Shown here: one piece after another, positions 51,419 through 63,293 of the stretch
Position numbering within the stretch: position 1 is the first letter of the stretch
How the letters are laid out: each line of letters opens with the position of its first letter
Virus record (IMG/VR): IMGVR_UViG_2558860250_000001
Span: 1 to 64,000 of that record
Direction: 5' to 3' (one strand)
From: a virus
Taxonomy: Duplodnaviria; Caudoviricetes
DNA length: 64,000 nucleotides
Notes under the pieces: model-generated
Databases searched by the model: none
Seen by the model: only the letters and a program-made list of their open reading frames with translations
What the model was told of the DNA's origin: nothing
Made by a program: the position numbers and the translations under genes

Positions 51419-51898
51419 TTATTGTATCTGTGGCAATTTAGCCATGCCACACAGTGTATCCATATCCACTCGTTCCAACGCTGCATCCATCGTCATGTTC
51501 CGTTTAGCCAGCCACTTGTTTAACTCGCCCGTAATATCGTCGTTACTCATATACTCTACCTGCATCGCCTCTAGTTGTTCCCATACTTTACTGTACCGTG
51601 TGATATCACCAGCTGCATAATATACGCCATTTCCTACACTTTCGCCTTCCCATACGATATCGCCAGGTAGTGGACGTTGCGCACATACAACTGTATAGGC
51701 GTCTTTTGCCACACCTTCGGGACGGCTGCTCTCGTGTGCTCGAACTGTCTCCATCGATGTTACTTGTTCGATTACATCTTCTTCAAACGGTACGATCATA
51801 TCGTGGAAATCGAAGTCAACCATGTCGCAGTATGCCATTGCCTCTTCGTATGTCTCGAATGCTCGGTTGCCAACTGTGTATTTCATCATGTTTATCAT
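51419..51898 (-). CDS. Hypothetical protein, cassette 4
   Basis: TTGATA-N17-TATAAT; terminator near 51377-51405. Confidence 0.7.
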   Translation of the reverse strand: MINMMKYTVGNRAFETYEEAMAYCDMVDFDFHDMIVPFEEDVIEQVTSMETVRAHESSRPEGVAKDAYTVVCAQRPLPGDIVWEGESVGNGVYYAAGDITRYSKVWEQLEAMQVEYMSNDDITGELNKWLAKRNMTMDAALERVDMDTLCGMAKLPQIQ

Positions 51899-52037
51899 CC
51901 TCCGTGTCTGTTGCTCTTTCTGTGTTCATTATATCAATTCAACTATACAGTATCAATGGTTTATACAATATAAAACACGGCAAATAGGCCATCGATTTTA
52001 CCCGATGACCGTTGTATCATCATATACGCGTTGTACA

Positions 52038-52400
52038 TTACATCACAGCCACAATTGTCTTAAATCCGCGTTCGATAGCAGCCACAACAGCCTCATCACG
52101 TGTATCGCGTACCGTATCAGCATATGCGCCGTTGCTATCAAAGAAGGATACCTGCCATACACCAATTGTTTTACTGCAACGGTGTACGATAGCCATACGT
52201 CCTTTTGCATCAACTAATTGAAGCGACTCAGCATCGGAAGGTAACGCGGCCACGAACAACTTAATTGCGTCTGTCTCGTACATAAATTTTTTCCCATCCG
52301 AGGTGTACATTTCACTTTCGTCGAGTAGAAACATGAAGCAGTCGCCATATTCGGCGATCATTTGTTGTTCATGTGTTAACTCTTCGAGTGTCATATACAT
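52038..52400 (-). CDS. Hypothetical protein, cassette 3
   Basis: Own promoter and GGAGG RBS. Confidence 0.7.
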   Translation of the reverse strand: MYMTLEELTHEQQMIAEYGDCFMFLLDESEMYTSDGKKFMYETDAIKLFVAALPSDAESLQLVDAKGRMAIVHRCSKTIGVWQVSFFDSNGAYADTVRDTRDEAVVAAIERGFKTIVAVM

Positions 52401-52531
52401 TCGCGTCGCCTCCGTGTTTTGCTTTCTGATAATACTATATCACATATACAATCACATACGCAACAACAAATGTATATAAATGATATACACAACAAAACCA
52501 CCTACCGAAGCAGGTGGCTGTTATATCGTTT

Positions 52532-52741
52532 TTATCGTTCTAGCGTCAAACCATTATATGTGATTTCTATGAACAATGTTTTTACATATTCTTTAGCCAT
52601 TTGGCCGATTGTCATAGCGTCCAACATCGGGAATTTTTCAGCCATAAGCGGTGCGATTTTGTTTGTCATATCTTGAGCTAATTCGGTGATGTTACCACCT
52701 GCTTGAATGTACTGTGCTAACGTTTCCTTGTTGATCTTCAT
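52532..52741 (-). CDS. Hypothetical protein, cassette 2
   Basis: Own promoter; terminator near 52494-52518. Confidence 0.7.
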   Translation of the reverse strand: MKINKETLAQYIQAGGNITELAQDMTNKIAPLMAEKFPMLDAMTIGQMAKEYVKTLFIEITYNGLTLER

Positions 52742-52895
52742 CTTCCATCAACCTCCGCTTGTGTTGTTCTTCATGTATTTATTATATCATCTATATCATC
52801 GAGTATGCAATATCGAATTTAAATAAATGATATACACAACAAAAACCACCTATCACTATGATAGGTGGCGGATTACCGTGTATTATCGATGCGGA

Positions 52896-53171
52896 TCAGA
52901 ATGTGTACACCAATTCGCCTTGTATTTGCTGTAAAACCGGCTGATACGATTCATACATCAATTGCTCATTAACACCTGTGTCTACCCAACCTTTGTAAAT
53001 TTTCAACTCGCTATCCTTGTCATATGTGTGCTTAAATCCACTGCGTTTTCCTTTCGGTTTGTGGATGACAATAACACGATCATGTTCCTCTGTAACGCTA
53101 ATAATATTCGTTTTCATTTCGTACATAATACCCACCGAGTTGAACGCTACAATTGTGTATTTACCTGTCAT
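52896..53171 (-). CDS. Hypothetical protein, cassette 1
   Basis: TTGACG..TGATATAAT promoter; terminator near 52841-52868. Confidence 0.7.
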   Translation of the reverse strand: MTGKYTIVAFNSVGIMYEMKTNIISVTEEHDRVIVIHKPKGKRSGFKHTYDKDSELKIYKGWVDTGVNEQLMYESYQPVLQQIQGELVYTF

Positions 53172-53265
53172 CCCTCATCGCTCCTCGTTCCTTTTGATAC
53201 GATTATATCATCTATACCATGTACGTCAAGCGGTTTACATGATATAATTTAATCAAAGAGGAGGT

Positions 53266-54507
53266 ATGCATATGACAACTATACGCGTAGTTGACGCTTT
53301 GCCAGGTGCAGGTAAGACATCGGCAGCCATCAACATGATCAACGAAGATATGGATGAATTCGGTGATAGTGCCAACAATTATGTGTACATAACGCCGTAT
53401 CTTGATGAAGTTGATCGCATCAAACAATCTACCCACCGTAAATTTTACTCGCCAACGTTCCAAACTGTAAAAGGTGAGACATTCACCAAATTCGACTCAT
53501 TTCATGCTCTATTGGCAGACGGTAAGTGTATCGCATCAACACACGCACTGTTTCAGCGCGCGAATGACGAAACAAGGGAACTGATTCAGAATGGAAATTA
53601 CGTTCTGATATTAGATGAAGTTATGGATGTAATTGAACAGTTGGAGGTGAAAAAGAACGACATCGATTTATTATTCGAAAACGGTCTAATCAGTGTTGAT
53701 GATGATGGATTTATCACTTGGAATAAAGACAAAATGAACTACGAAACGCGTTACGATGACATACGCGATATGGCACTTAATCACACATTGATTTACTACC
53801 GTGACACTATACTGGTATGGGCATTCCCAGCAGACATATTCCGTGCCTTCAAACAAGTATACATATTGACATACCGATTCAGTGGACAAATTCAAGCATA
53901 TTATTATGACTTGTTCAATGTTTCTTATGAAATGTGGCACGCCGAAATAGTCAATGGTCGTTATTCATTCGTTCCTGGCCCCGCCGATGAGTCACATACG
54001 CGTGCGAAGCTACAACAATTAATCAACATATATGATGGTAAATTGAACGATATAGGCGACGCAGATTACAGCTTATCGAGCACGTGGTATGATAAACGCA
54101 GCGCACTAGTAATCCGTCAACTTAAAAATAACATCAGCAACTACCTGCGCAATATTGTTAAATCCAAATCATCCGATGCCATGTGGACAACATTTATCAA
54201 GCATCGTAATAAGTTAAAAGGGGAAGGATTTGCCCGTGCGTTTGTTCCATGTACAGCACGTGCTACAAATGACTATCGAGATCGTTCAAATGTCGTATAT
54301 GCTGTAAATCGCTACGTTAACCCAATTGTATATGGCTTCTTCCATGACAAGGGTATAACGGTTGACCAGGATGAATATTTTTTGGCGGAAATGATACAGT
54401 GGTTATTCCGTTCAGCAATACGCGACGGCAAGCCGATTAATTTATACATACCATCGAAACGCGCTCGCACATTGTTGGTGAATTGGTTATCAGATCATAC
54501 CCGATAA
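53266..54507 (+). CDS. SF2 helicase-like protein (candidate replication/origin-binding protein)
   Basis: DALPGAGKTS Walker A, LILDEV Walker B, LTY, Q..FRSAIR. Confidence 0.7.
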   Translation: MHMTTIRVVDALPGAGKTSAAINMINEDMDEFGDSANNYVYITPYLDEVDRIKQSTHRKFYSPTFQTVKGETFTKFDSFHALLADGKCIASTHALFQRANDETRELIQNGNYVLILDEVMDVIEQLEVKKNDIDLLFENGLISVDDDGFITWNKDKMNYETRYDDIRDMALNHTLIYYRDTILVWAFPADIFRAFKQVYILTYRFSGQIQAYYYDLFNVSYEMWHAEIVNGRYSFVPGPADESHTRAKLQQLINIYDGKLNDIGDADYSLSSTWYDKRSALVIRQLKNNISNYLRNIVKSKSSDAMWTTFIKHRNKLKGEGFARAFVPCTARATNDYRDRSNVVYAVNRYVNPIVYGFFHDKGITVDQDEYFLAEMIQWLFRSAIRDGKPINLYIPSKRARTLLVNWLSDHTR

Positions 54508-54631
54508 AATTGCGTAAAAATGGCTCAACCACGCGGTTTATAGGGTGTTACCCTTAAAGAGAGACTATATTATATAAAAGTGTTGATCCGCGTTGATACA
54601 ATTGATATAATACAAACGGGAGGCGGTAACA

Positions 54632-55354
54632 ATGGAACGTACAGTAATCGACGCTATCAATGCTTATCCATGTCACGCACAGGAAGCACTCGCTAATGTT
54701 TATCGCAGCAAAGTGTTTGTTGTATCAATGGCAAATGGTGCAATCGTTAAATTTGCCAAGACTCGTCGTGGTGCAGAAGGGTACGTAAAACGTCACAGCA
54801 CAGCATACTATGACGAGTACACGCAATCCATGGTTTCGACCAGTTACGATATCACCGAAGTGGCTGCCAGTGAAATTGTTGATCCGACCACATCAATCAG
54901 CGTATGGTATAACTGGCTGAAGGATGTAAATGGTCACGATTACATGTACAACAATGTACTAGCGACAGCGAAACACATAGGTGTAAGCGAAGCAGTTATG
55001 GCATATGTGGCCAACACAATCAACGAAATGAAACGTGGCGAATGGTTGACCGTTATCGACGCATACGAATCCGCATTGGTTGTTGAGAAGCCATCTCTAG
55101 ACGTTGCCGAAGTAACCGCACCAACACACGACGTTACATATACGCCAGTATCCAACGTCATCGACTTCACAGCACGAAAACGACAACGTGAACAGGACGC
55201 CGAGCACAACGCATATATCGACTATTTTATCAACGTCATCCTGCCGAAATTAGACTTTAACGACTTGCAACGGTTGATTGCATCTGATGGCGACATGGGC
55301 AACGAGTTGATGCGGATTATGTTGGCTAAGTCGCTGGAGGAGATGAGGAGGTGA
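54632..55354 (+). CDS. Hypothetical protein
   Basis: TTGATC-N17-TATAAT promoter, GGGAGG RBS. Confidence 0.65.
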   Translation: MERTVIDAINAYPCHAQEALANVYRSKVFVVSMANGAIVKFAKTRRGAEGYVKRHSTAYYDEYTQSMVSTSYDITEVAASEIVDPTTSISVWYNWLKDVNGHDYMYNNVLATAKHIGVSEAVMAYVANTINEMKRGEWLTVIDAYESALVVEKPSLDVAEVTAPTHDVTYTPVSNVIDFTARKRQREQDAEHNAYIDYFINVILPKLDFNDLQRLIASDGDMGNELMRIMLAKSLEEMRR

Positions 55355-56851
55355 CGCATATGTCCACCGTACCACCGTTTGAAGAGTGTCAACGCCGTTT
55401 TGTATTGTATTGCATCGCGCATGGTTTACAGCCTGGTGACGAGTGGAAACCATATAAATACATGGCATGGATATGCAAAATGGAAAGAGAATATAAAATC
55501 TCACGTGGTATACAAGGTAGATGGACACCAATCGATGATCAAGATGATTTTACGCTGTATATCGAGCAACATGTCCGCCAAAATTGATTGTATGGAGTGA
55601 ATAAGTCTGTGCGGAAATTGTATGTCATTTACAGGGAATATGGGAAAGTGTGGTTTTTAACTGAAAGCGAATCATGGCACGAGGAACTAGCATACGCAAA
55701 ACTTTATGAAAATATCACCGAAGCTTTACAGGATAGTGGGGAAATCGAAGATAGTAGAGTAGGAGAAGTGACGATGACATTTCACTTAACCCCATCACCA
55801 ATGCACATACACGTATAGATGTGTTGTCATGGGATATTGTATCAATTAAGGAGGTGCGGTAGATGCGACTGATAGTGAACGTACTATATGACAATGGCAT
55901 AGAACGTGAATATGAAAATTTAGTAGACAAAGCATTTAGAGAAAATATACACGCTTCAATCACTATACACGACTCTCACCATTGTCGAGTGATAAACGTA
56001 TCCAAGGTGTCCGACATCCACTTTTATAAAACGATATAGCTGCTACGGCATTTTATATCAACAATCATATTGACTTCGTTCGTTTTATATAATATAATCA
56101 TATCAACAAATCACACCGATGACGCCGATTGGCTGAGGTAACAACGGGAGGTACATATTATACACACACATCCGGCTATCACAATGGTCGCACTGGTGCA
56201 ATTGTGCACATCGATGGCCACGAGTACGCGTTTGAACGTGGTGAGTATACGCTGTCACCGGTGAATATGTCAAACAATGGAAAATAGATTACGGAAACGG
56301 GTATCACGGATACTTAAACGTGAAGGTGTTTGCGGAAAACTAATCTCGGCGGGAACATTTAGGCGTCATGATGATTATGGATATTGGTTTGTAATGGATG
56401 ACGGCAAGCGTGGCGAAATCATGATTAGCGATAGATGTGCAATTGTATTTAATTAAGGAGGTGTCGTGCTGATGTATGGTAAAAATGTCACACTAAAATG
56501 TGATTCATTTACGATTACTGTTTTCGTTTTGTGCAGTCCTTATGACACTAATGAGGATGTGATTGAACGCGCAAAACTTATTGTGGAGAATAGAATACGA
56601 ACGACGGAAGGAAGCGTGTTATGATTTCATTCATCGTCAACGCAGCCATTAACATTTACGCAGCTGTATACAACGCATTATCGTCGCTCCTATGGCCACT
56701 TAATTGGCGTATTTGGTGGGCAATTGCGGCTCACACACATCAACGTACTGATTTGGTCGAATCTGCATATAATATTGTGTTGTGGGAAATGTGCGCTATT
56801 GTCGTATTGATTGCATTGGCCGCATACATTGTGGTTCGACGGGTAAGGTGA
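55351..56851 (+). other. Small hypothetical genes (55351-55587, 55588-55818, 56621-56851 and shorter ones)
   Basis: RBS-led small ORFs. Confidence 0.45.
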
Positions 56852-56978
56852 TTCAAATTAATGACGTGGCGGAATTTTATGTCGGTAAGGATAAAGTAGT
56901 CTTATGTGCCAATTGTCGCATGAAATTTTTCGGTAAGAAAAGTAAGTAGAATTCGAGTTTATGGAAAGGCGATGACGT

Positions 56979-59967
56979 GTGAAGAATAAGAAGTATTACA
57001 ATGCAGGCGGTGCGTTAGGTGTTATAGGAGTAGAAACAGCACACACCGATGGTGACTATACATTTTTGCCAGACCATGTAATGTCTAATCCTTGGATACG
57101 AACAGAAGATTTATACGACACCTACGAAGAAGCAAAGAACAATCCAGTAGCAAGGTTCTCAGAATGAAATGCAAGTTCCATGCGAGGGGAAATGTAAATG
57201 AAAACATATATAGTTGAAATCCCATTAACGGGATATGTATCAGTAGAGGTTGAAGCAGAATCAGAACAAGAAGCGATTGATCGAGCGTTTGAAGAGGCAC
57301 AATTAGAGCATATCGAAGAATGGGATCTACATCGTCAAATAGTTAGAGGAAATGTGTTTAGCGGTTTGCGAAATGAAATTCATGTTGAAGAAATTGATGA
57401 TGACGACGAAGATTGAACGAAACGAGACTTTCGTAGGAGTGATGCCGTTGGTAACGATTATAGTACCAAAGACGGTTTCCTTTAGTGAATGTTATGAACC
57501 TACATTATATGAAAAATTAAAAAGGAGAAGGGAAGGCATTAAACAGATTGTCAAATATTTAAGAGAACGAAAAAGTTCTCATGGTGACGTGTCTTTTACG
57601 CAAACAAAAGAGGAATTAAAGGTCTCAATATACCATAATGAGACTTGTGAACAAGCAAAAGAAATCCGTTCGAATATTCTTAGAATCAAATTTAAATATT
57701 GGCAATTAAGGCAAAACTTCATATAGGAGTGATGGATATGGATGAGATAGATCTGAACAAAGTTGAAGGTTTAATTGAAGAGCTATATTCCAAGAATCAT
57801 CATGACGCACAGCTTAGTTACGAGGATGCACAGCGTATTTTGAGTTCGGCTTCACAATTAGTTAAAAAAATTAAAGAACTAAGAGAAAAAATAAACAAAA
57901 ACATAGGAGGTTAAATAATGAACGATAAAGAAAAGACGTTGTTGCTAGAATTGATTCTGAGAGACATTAGAGCGAATTGGGCATTTGACCTAGAAAAACG
58001 TGTGAACGTTGCGTTGAATTTAGCAACAGAGTTGAAGCTAGAAAAACACATTGAACTGATTGCTGATTTCCAACAGACGATGGGTTCCAACTGGTGCGAT
58101 GGGCGTCATTTTAGAACAAGCGTTGAATACGGTGGCTATGAAGGCATGAGTTCTATGCATAACTTGGAGTACACCTACAATGACAAAAGTGAAGAATTTA
58201 AAGCTATGGCATATGAGTATATTACTTACCCTGAGTACGCATTTGAAGATTGGGAACAAATACAAAACACACTTTTATAAGAAGTGATGGGCATCATGAG
58301 AAAATATTGGAGGTAGATTAAATTGACAGAGGTTTATATGTCGCCAGAAACCTATTTAATTTATTTGCAGGAAGGTTGGTGGATTATTACAGCAAGTAAA
58401 TACCCTTGTGGGGAAACTATTGTCCCCGTTGCAATAGATGATGAAAAACTTGAAGATGTTTCGTTTGGGCAAGATTTGGTGGCGGTATTTAAAGACTTGA
58501 AATACTATTCACCTTCAGCGTTCAAGGAATAAAACAAGATTTGATATGGGGTGACAGTATGGCTAAAAAGTCGAAGAATCACGACAATGCAGTTAAAAAT
58601 GCTTATACTTTTCGAAAGCTATTAGAAGAAGAGAGGAACGCAGAATTAGCGTCCAAAGTTGAGGAAACGTACAAAGAACTATGGTGTGAGTGTCTTAATG
58701 AGAAAGCGCCTTGGACTTGAATAAAATCAAGAGTCTCATTGGAGGTTTGTAAAAAATGAATGCAAAACAGTTTTATGAACTAGTTCAATCTGGAACACGC
58801 CCAGTGATTGAAATTACGCAGGAATATGATGAGGGTGCAGACATTGGAATGCGTATGAGAGCATTATCGATCTCAATAGACGACCCCGAAAGTCAATACG
58901 CTTGCTACATTATAAAATGCGATTTAAAAGAATTTGAGAATTACAACGAACCATTTGAAAAGGCAAACTGGTATGACAAGAACGGACAACCAACGTTAAA
59001 ATGGAGAGAAACGGGTTTTTATCCTCGAGATGGAATTACAGAGTTGTATCTTAATGTGAATGATGTTGATGATATTGAAAGTGCATTATTTAAAGTGGTT
59101 GAAGAAAATACAATTTACAACGAATATGTACAGAGTGAAAGCAAATTGCCGTATGTTGTGTGGTTAGAGGATAGAGTGAAGTTGTTACAATTTTGTTGTA
59201 GAGAATTGGAACATAAGCAATTAAAAACAAAGGTTCTTTAAGGAGGCTAACAAAATGATTAATCCGTCCGAATGTAGTAAGCATATTATACTATTGTGCA
59301 AGGGGCACCATAAATTCGAGGATAATTTAACTGCGGTCAAGCACTTTATTGCTGAATGGTGCGATTTAGAAGTTAGTCAAGTATGTAGTTCGACTGTATA
59401 TGAACTTGTATTAGACGCGATGTGTGAAATTGTTGATAAACAAAAGATTAAGCATTTCATCAGAGATATTTTCAGGTTTCAAGAAAGTGTTCATTGCGAA
59501 GACGTAATTAGGCATATGATGGCTGTGATTGCAACTACGAAAGTTAAAGACGAACAGAAAATATTGATTAACCTGGATGTTGACGATAAAATTGTCCAGC
59601 GTATGTTGGAGAGAGCAATGAAATCACAGCAGACCCTCAGTTTAGAACCAACTGAAGGACAAAAACAATGGATGAGATTGATGAGTAAGTGAGTATTGAT
59701 TCCCCTTCCGACAAGTGGTAAATTACGCTTGCAACTAATACTAAGGGTGATGATATGAGCAATCTTCAATCAGAAATAGAAGCATTGAAAGATGAGATAG
59801 CCGAACTCAAAAAGAGTGATAGACGTAAGAATAAAAGTATCATGGAGAGTACGGCTTTGGGTACAATCTTTGTCATCGTATTGGCGTTAATTATTGGTTG
59901 TGCTGGTGGATATGCCATTGGTAAAGACGTGAATCAACAACGCTCGGTCACTTTAAACTTGCAATGA
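56979..59967 (+). other. A-rich array of short genes (56979-57167, 57198-57416, 57442-57726, ~57732-57914, 57918-58280, 58323-58532, 58559-58720, 58756-59241, 59255-59692, 59755-59967)
   Basis: Co-oriented, each with SD; short quasi-palindromes at many junctions. Confidence 0.6.
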
Positions 59968-60071
59968 GATATTTGCCTCCGGCCACCATCAACACAGGTG
60001 GCTATATTTGCGTCCACATTTTCGTCACAAATTTTATATTATAAACCGTCTTTGTATGATATATAATAAGA

Positions 60072-60898
60072 GTGTACAATACGAAACAAAGGGTGATTGA
60101 TATGACATACGTCGAACGTTGGTATGCAACGCTAACTCCGCAGGCTAAACTAAAATTTGCAGCTTTGACCGCACTATACGGTCAGGAACGGATTGCCGAT
60201 GCATTGTGCGACATCAATGACATTGATCAATTGTTCGATCTAATTGCACAACGTGTGTATGGAGCAAATTGATAATTTAACGTATGCGCAAAGTTTTTAC
60301 ATATCATAGTTGATTTATATAATATAGTGTAGTATAATGATCCGTGTTGAGGCGATGACGTACGATTCGTACAGAGTCACAACAAATAACTTGAAAGGTG
60401 GCAATGATCATGGAGCAGGTAACGAATCGTTTCAATGCACGCGAAGCATCCCGCGCTATGGGAGCCGCAAGTGTAGAAAAGGTTATGTGGGGACACGATG
60501 AAATTTCGCATGTCTGTTTTACAGGCGGTACACGAGCACGAATGGCCATGATACATCTACATAAACACGATGATGGAACAATGTATGGTATGTGTCCTGA
60601 TTGCAAACGTTTTGTGTATGCAAATCCACGTAAGATGGTCGGTAAAGGGTATAAATCATTTGATACACGCACACAACAGCAGCCACAACGCCGATATGCG
60701 ATGGCACAGTGAGGAGGATGTATTGTGACAATGGCACCAGAGGAATTTAAAAATAAAATGCAGGAAATCGCCGATATCATGGATGAAGAAATATCACATC
60801 CTCAAGCAGACGATTTGATGTGCGAAGTGTTGGATTCATTGGGATATGGAGAGGGTATAAGTATATTTGTGAAGATGCCGAAATGGTACAAATAAATA
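60072..60898 (+). other. Small hypothetical genes (60072-60272, 60398-60712 with CPDC, ~60732-60896)
   Basis: RBS and promoter-like AT tracts. Confidence 0.45.
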
Positions 60899-60930
60899 GT
60901 CGACACACCCGCATCAATGACGCACACACG

Positions 60931-60959
60931 GCACCTGGTTACGGGTGCTTTTTTATTTT
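60931..60959 (+). terminator. Intrinsic terminator
   Basis: GCACC-N8-GGTGC followed by TTTTTTATTTT. Confidence 0.65.
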
Positions 60960-61030
60960 CATCTTGAAAAGTGTATTGCATAATTATTTTGATAAATGTT
61001 ATACTTAAATCAAGAAAGGAGAGGGTTCTG

Positions 61031-61693
61031 ATGGTACAAAGCGCATTCGAACTTGGAAACGTAAAGTTGGAGGTGTTCGGGTTTGACACAAGGAATGAGG
61101 AAATAATCGATATCGCCAACATTGAAGAATTGGTGGAGAACGTGTTTGTGTCCGTCCGCGTAGATGGTGATTGGATTGATGCGGGTACACTGGATTGCTT
61201 CGACACGGACAACATGACATCGGATGAAGTTGTGGCACTCGAAAACTCTGACCTAGGCATACAGTCTTGGTTGGAATCCTTGATGAGTACAATCGAAGAC
61301 TTGCGTAAAGAGCGTGATGAGCAGGAAGCACTACAGGAGTTGTATCAAGATGAGGCTGAAGAATCCTTTGACCGTGAGGACGCCCGTATTCATGCGCTAA
61401 ATACCTACAAGACAATCTCGTGGGAGTTATTAGCCCAACGACACTATCCCAAGTGTCAAAACATTGAGGTTTTAGTGGATATCATGCAAGATAACTATCT
61501 CGACGGTGGTATCCTTTATCGAGACGGCATATCGGCAGACAACATTTACGCTGCGGTTGTCGCTCATTATCGACACAACCACACAGATTACGATGATGAG
61601 TTCATTTTGCGGGAGGATCGTCCCGATATACGCCGTGAATTTAATTCGGTAGTCCGTAACGAAGTACGTCAATTTTTGGGGATGGAAGCATGA
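61031..61693 (+). CDS. Acidic hypothetical protein
   Basis: AAGGAGAGG RBS before MVQSAF. Confidence 0.65.
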   Translation: MVQSAFELGNVKLEVFGFDTRNEEIIDIANIEELVENVFVSVRVDGDWIDAGTLDCFDTDNMTSDEVVALENSDLGIQSWLESLMSTIEDLRKERDEQEALQELYQDEAEESFDREDARIHALNTYKTISWELLAQRHYPKCQNIEVLVDIMQDNYLDGGILYRDGISADNIYAAVVAHYRHNHTDYDDEFILREDRPDIRREFNSVVRNEVRQFLGMEA

Positions 61694-62173
61694 GTAATCA
61701 GCATGGAGGTAAACGTCCAGGGGCAGGAAGGCCAGCCACAGGTAGAAAGCCAACAAGGTCAATACGAATGACGGATAAAGAGTATGAACTTGTCAAGAAA
61801 TTTTTGGCTGAATTGCGGTCAAATAATGATACAGTAATTTCGATCAGTCTTTCTGACGAAGAAAATGAACAATTATGTGCAAGTGCAGAACGTCTTGGTG
61901 AAACAGTTGATGAACGAGCTAAAATGATCATATCAGCCTATCTGTCGGGGATCAGGAAGAAAAAAAACACGGCGTCGTTTCCCAGAAGGCAGCAAACTAA
62001 GAAGGCTACGGAATAACGCTAATTTGTCACTTTCAGATGTGGCTCAAAAAATCGGAATACTGGGAAGTTCTCTTGGCGATATCGAGCTTGGCAAAAAGAG
62101 ACCATCTGTACAGACGCTAAAAAAGTTATGCGAATTTTACGGTGTTAGTATGGAAGAAATCATGGATAACTAG
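61690..62173 (+). pseudogene. DNA-binding protein (GGKRPGAGRP + RHH-like) with C-terminal XRE HTH in +1 frame after A8 tract
   Basis: ORF 61690-62016; +1 frame from 61960-61967 reads GSKLRRLRNNANLSLSDVAQKIGILGSSLGDIELGKKRPSVQTLKKLCEFYGVSMEEI to TAG 62173. Confidence 0.75.
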
Positions 62174-62402
62174 TTGCATAATTCCCGTTATCCTATAAGA
62201 TATACCTTGCGATGGTGCCATTCCGTTCACTCCTGCTGGTTAGTGGGAGTTTTTACGTCCTCTACGCGACAATCCAGATATGCACACAACCGGTCGCATC
62301 AACCCCATCCAATATCGGACGGGGCTTTGCTGTGCTTTCGATTGCGTTGGAGTGGTCGTTTTCAATGACGATGTACGGAAGTTATGCGAAATTGTAGGCG
62401 GA

Positions 62403-62630
62403 TCAAATGTCATTTGAATTGAGCGCGTCATCCTCGTACCATTCAACGTGGTCTGGATTATTGCGGTCGAGTAATATTGTACCGTCGTCCTCGCGTTCAG
62501 TTGGCCATATATCCGTATACTTCAACTTGCTAATACCGCGCGTAAGTGTGGTTTGTTCATTCCACTCGCGTATGTCCTCCGGCGTCATATTCACCAATTT
62601 AGATTTGCGTCGTTTACGATTAATATCCAT
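62403..62630 (-). CDS. Hypothetical protein
   Basis: GGAGGTG RBS. Confidence 0.55.
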   Translation of the reverse strand: MDINRKRRKSKLVNMTPEDIREWNEQTTLTRGISKLKYTDIWPTEREDDGTILLDRNNPDHVEWYEDDALNSNDI

Positions 62631-62894
62631 CTCCGTTCACCTCCAAATATCTCACATACGCGTCACGTTGCCGTATATCCTTCGCGTTGGGTCTCGTTGC
62701 ACCGTGTACGTTTGCCATTGGCGTGTCATTTAGCATTACCTCTTTGCTTATCTATCCTGGGCACACGATTACTCAATATCTGCCGCAGCCTATCAGTTTT
62801 CTCTTGTGTAGATGGTTGACGCATTTCCTTGGCTATCTTGCGTGCTTGTTTGCCTGTTACAACAATAGGACGTGTGCGGAAAGGGATATTGTTG

Positions 62895-63293
62895 TTATTC
62901 ATTGCTCACCTCATTCACACTAACAGTGATTACACCCTTATATTTCACATCAACGTATTCGCCGCGCTTAAAAGTTGTATACTGCGTCTCGTCAATGTCA
63001 TATGTGTTGCCGTCATCCAATGTTAATGTGTATGTAGGCGGATTCCACACTACGGTTGATGTTTTTCCACTCGATACGTATGAATAAGAGCCAGGTATCA
63101 TATCCATTGATTTAATGGTGCCAACATCATCTCTAACTGGCTGGAAGAATGACCAAACCCATGCTCCAATATATACGACAACTAATAAAATGGTAGCACC
63201 TATTATTGCCCAAATTAGAGTGTCAAGTATTTTGGAAAAATAATCACGAAATGAATATTTCCTATTGTATCGTATCATCAGTATACATCCCAC
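62895..63293 (-). CDS. Membrane-anchored hypothetical protein
   Basis: Single TM then beta-rich domain. Confidence 0.55.
   Translation of the reverse strand: MGCILMIRYNRKYSFRDYFSKILDTLIWAIIGATILLVVVYIGAWVWSFFQPVRDDVGTIKSMDMIPGSYSYVSSGKTSTVVWNPPTYTLTLDDGNTYDIDETQYTTFKRGEYVDVKYKGVITVSVNEVSNE

Noticed and set aside
51026-52870. CRISPR array
   Set aside because: Repeats are separated by whole genes at irregular distances; no cas genes
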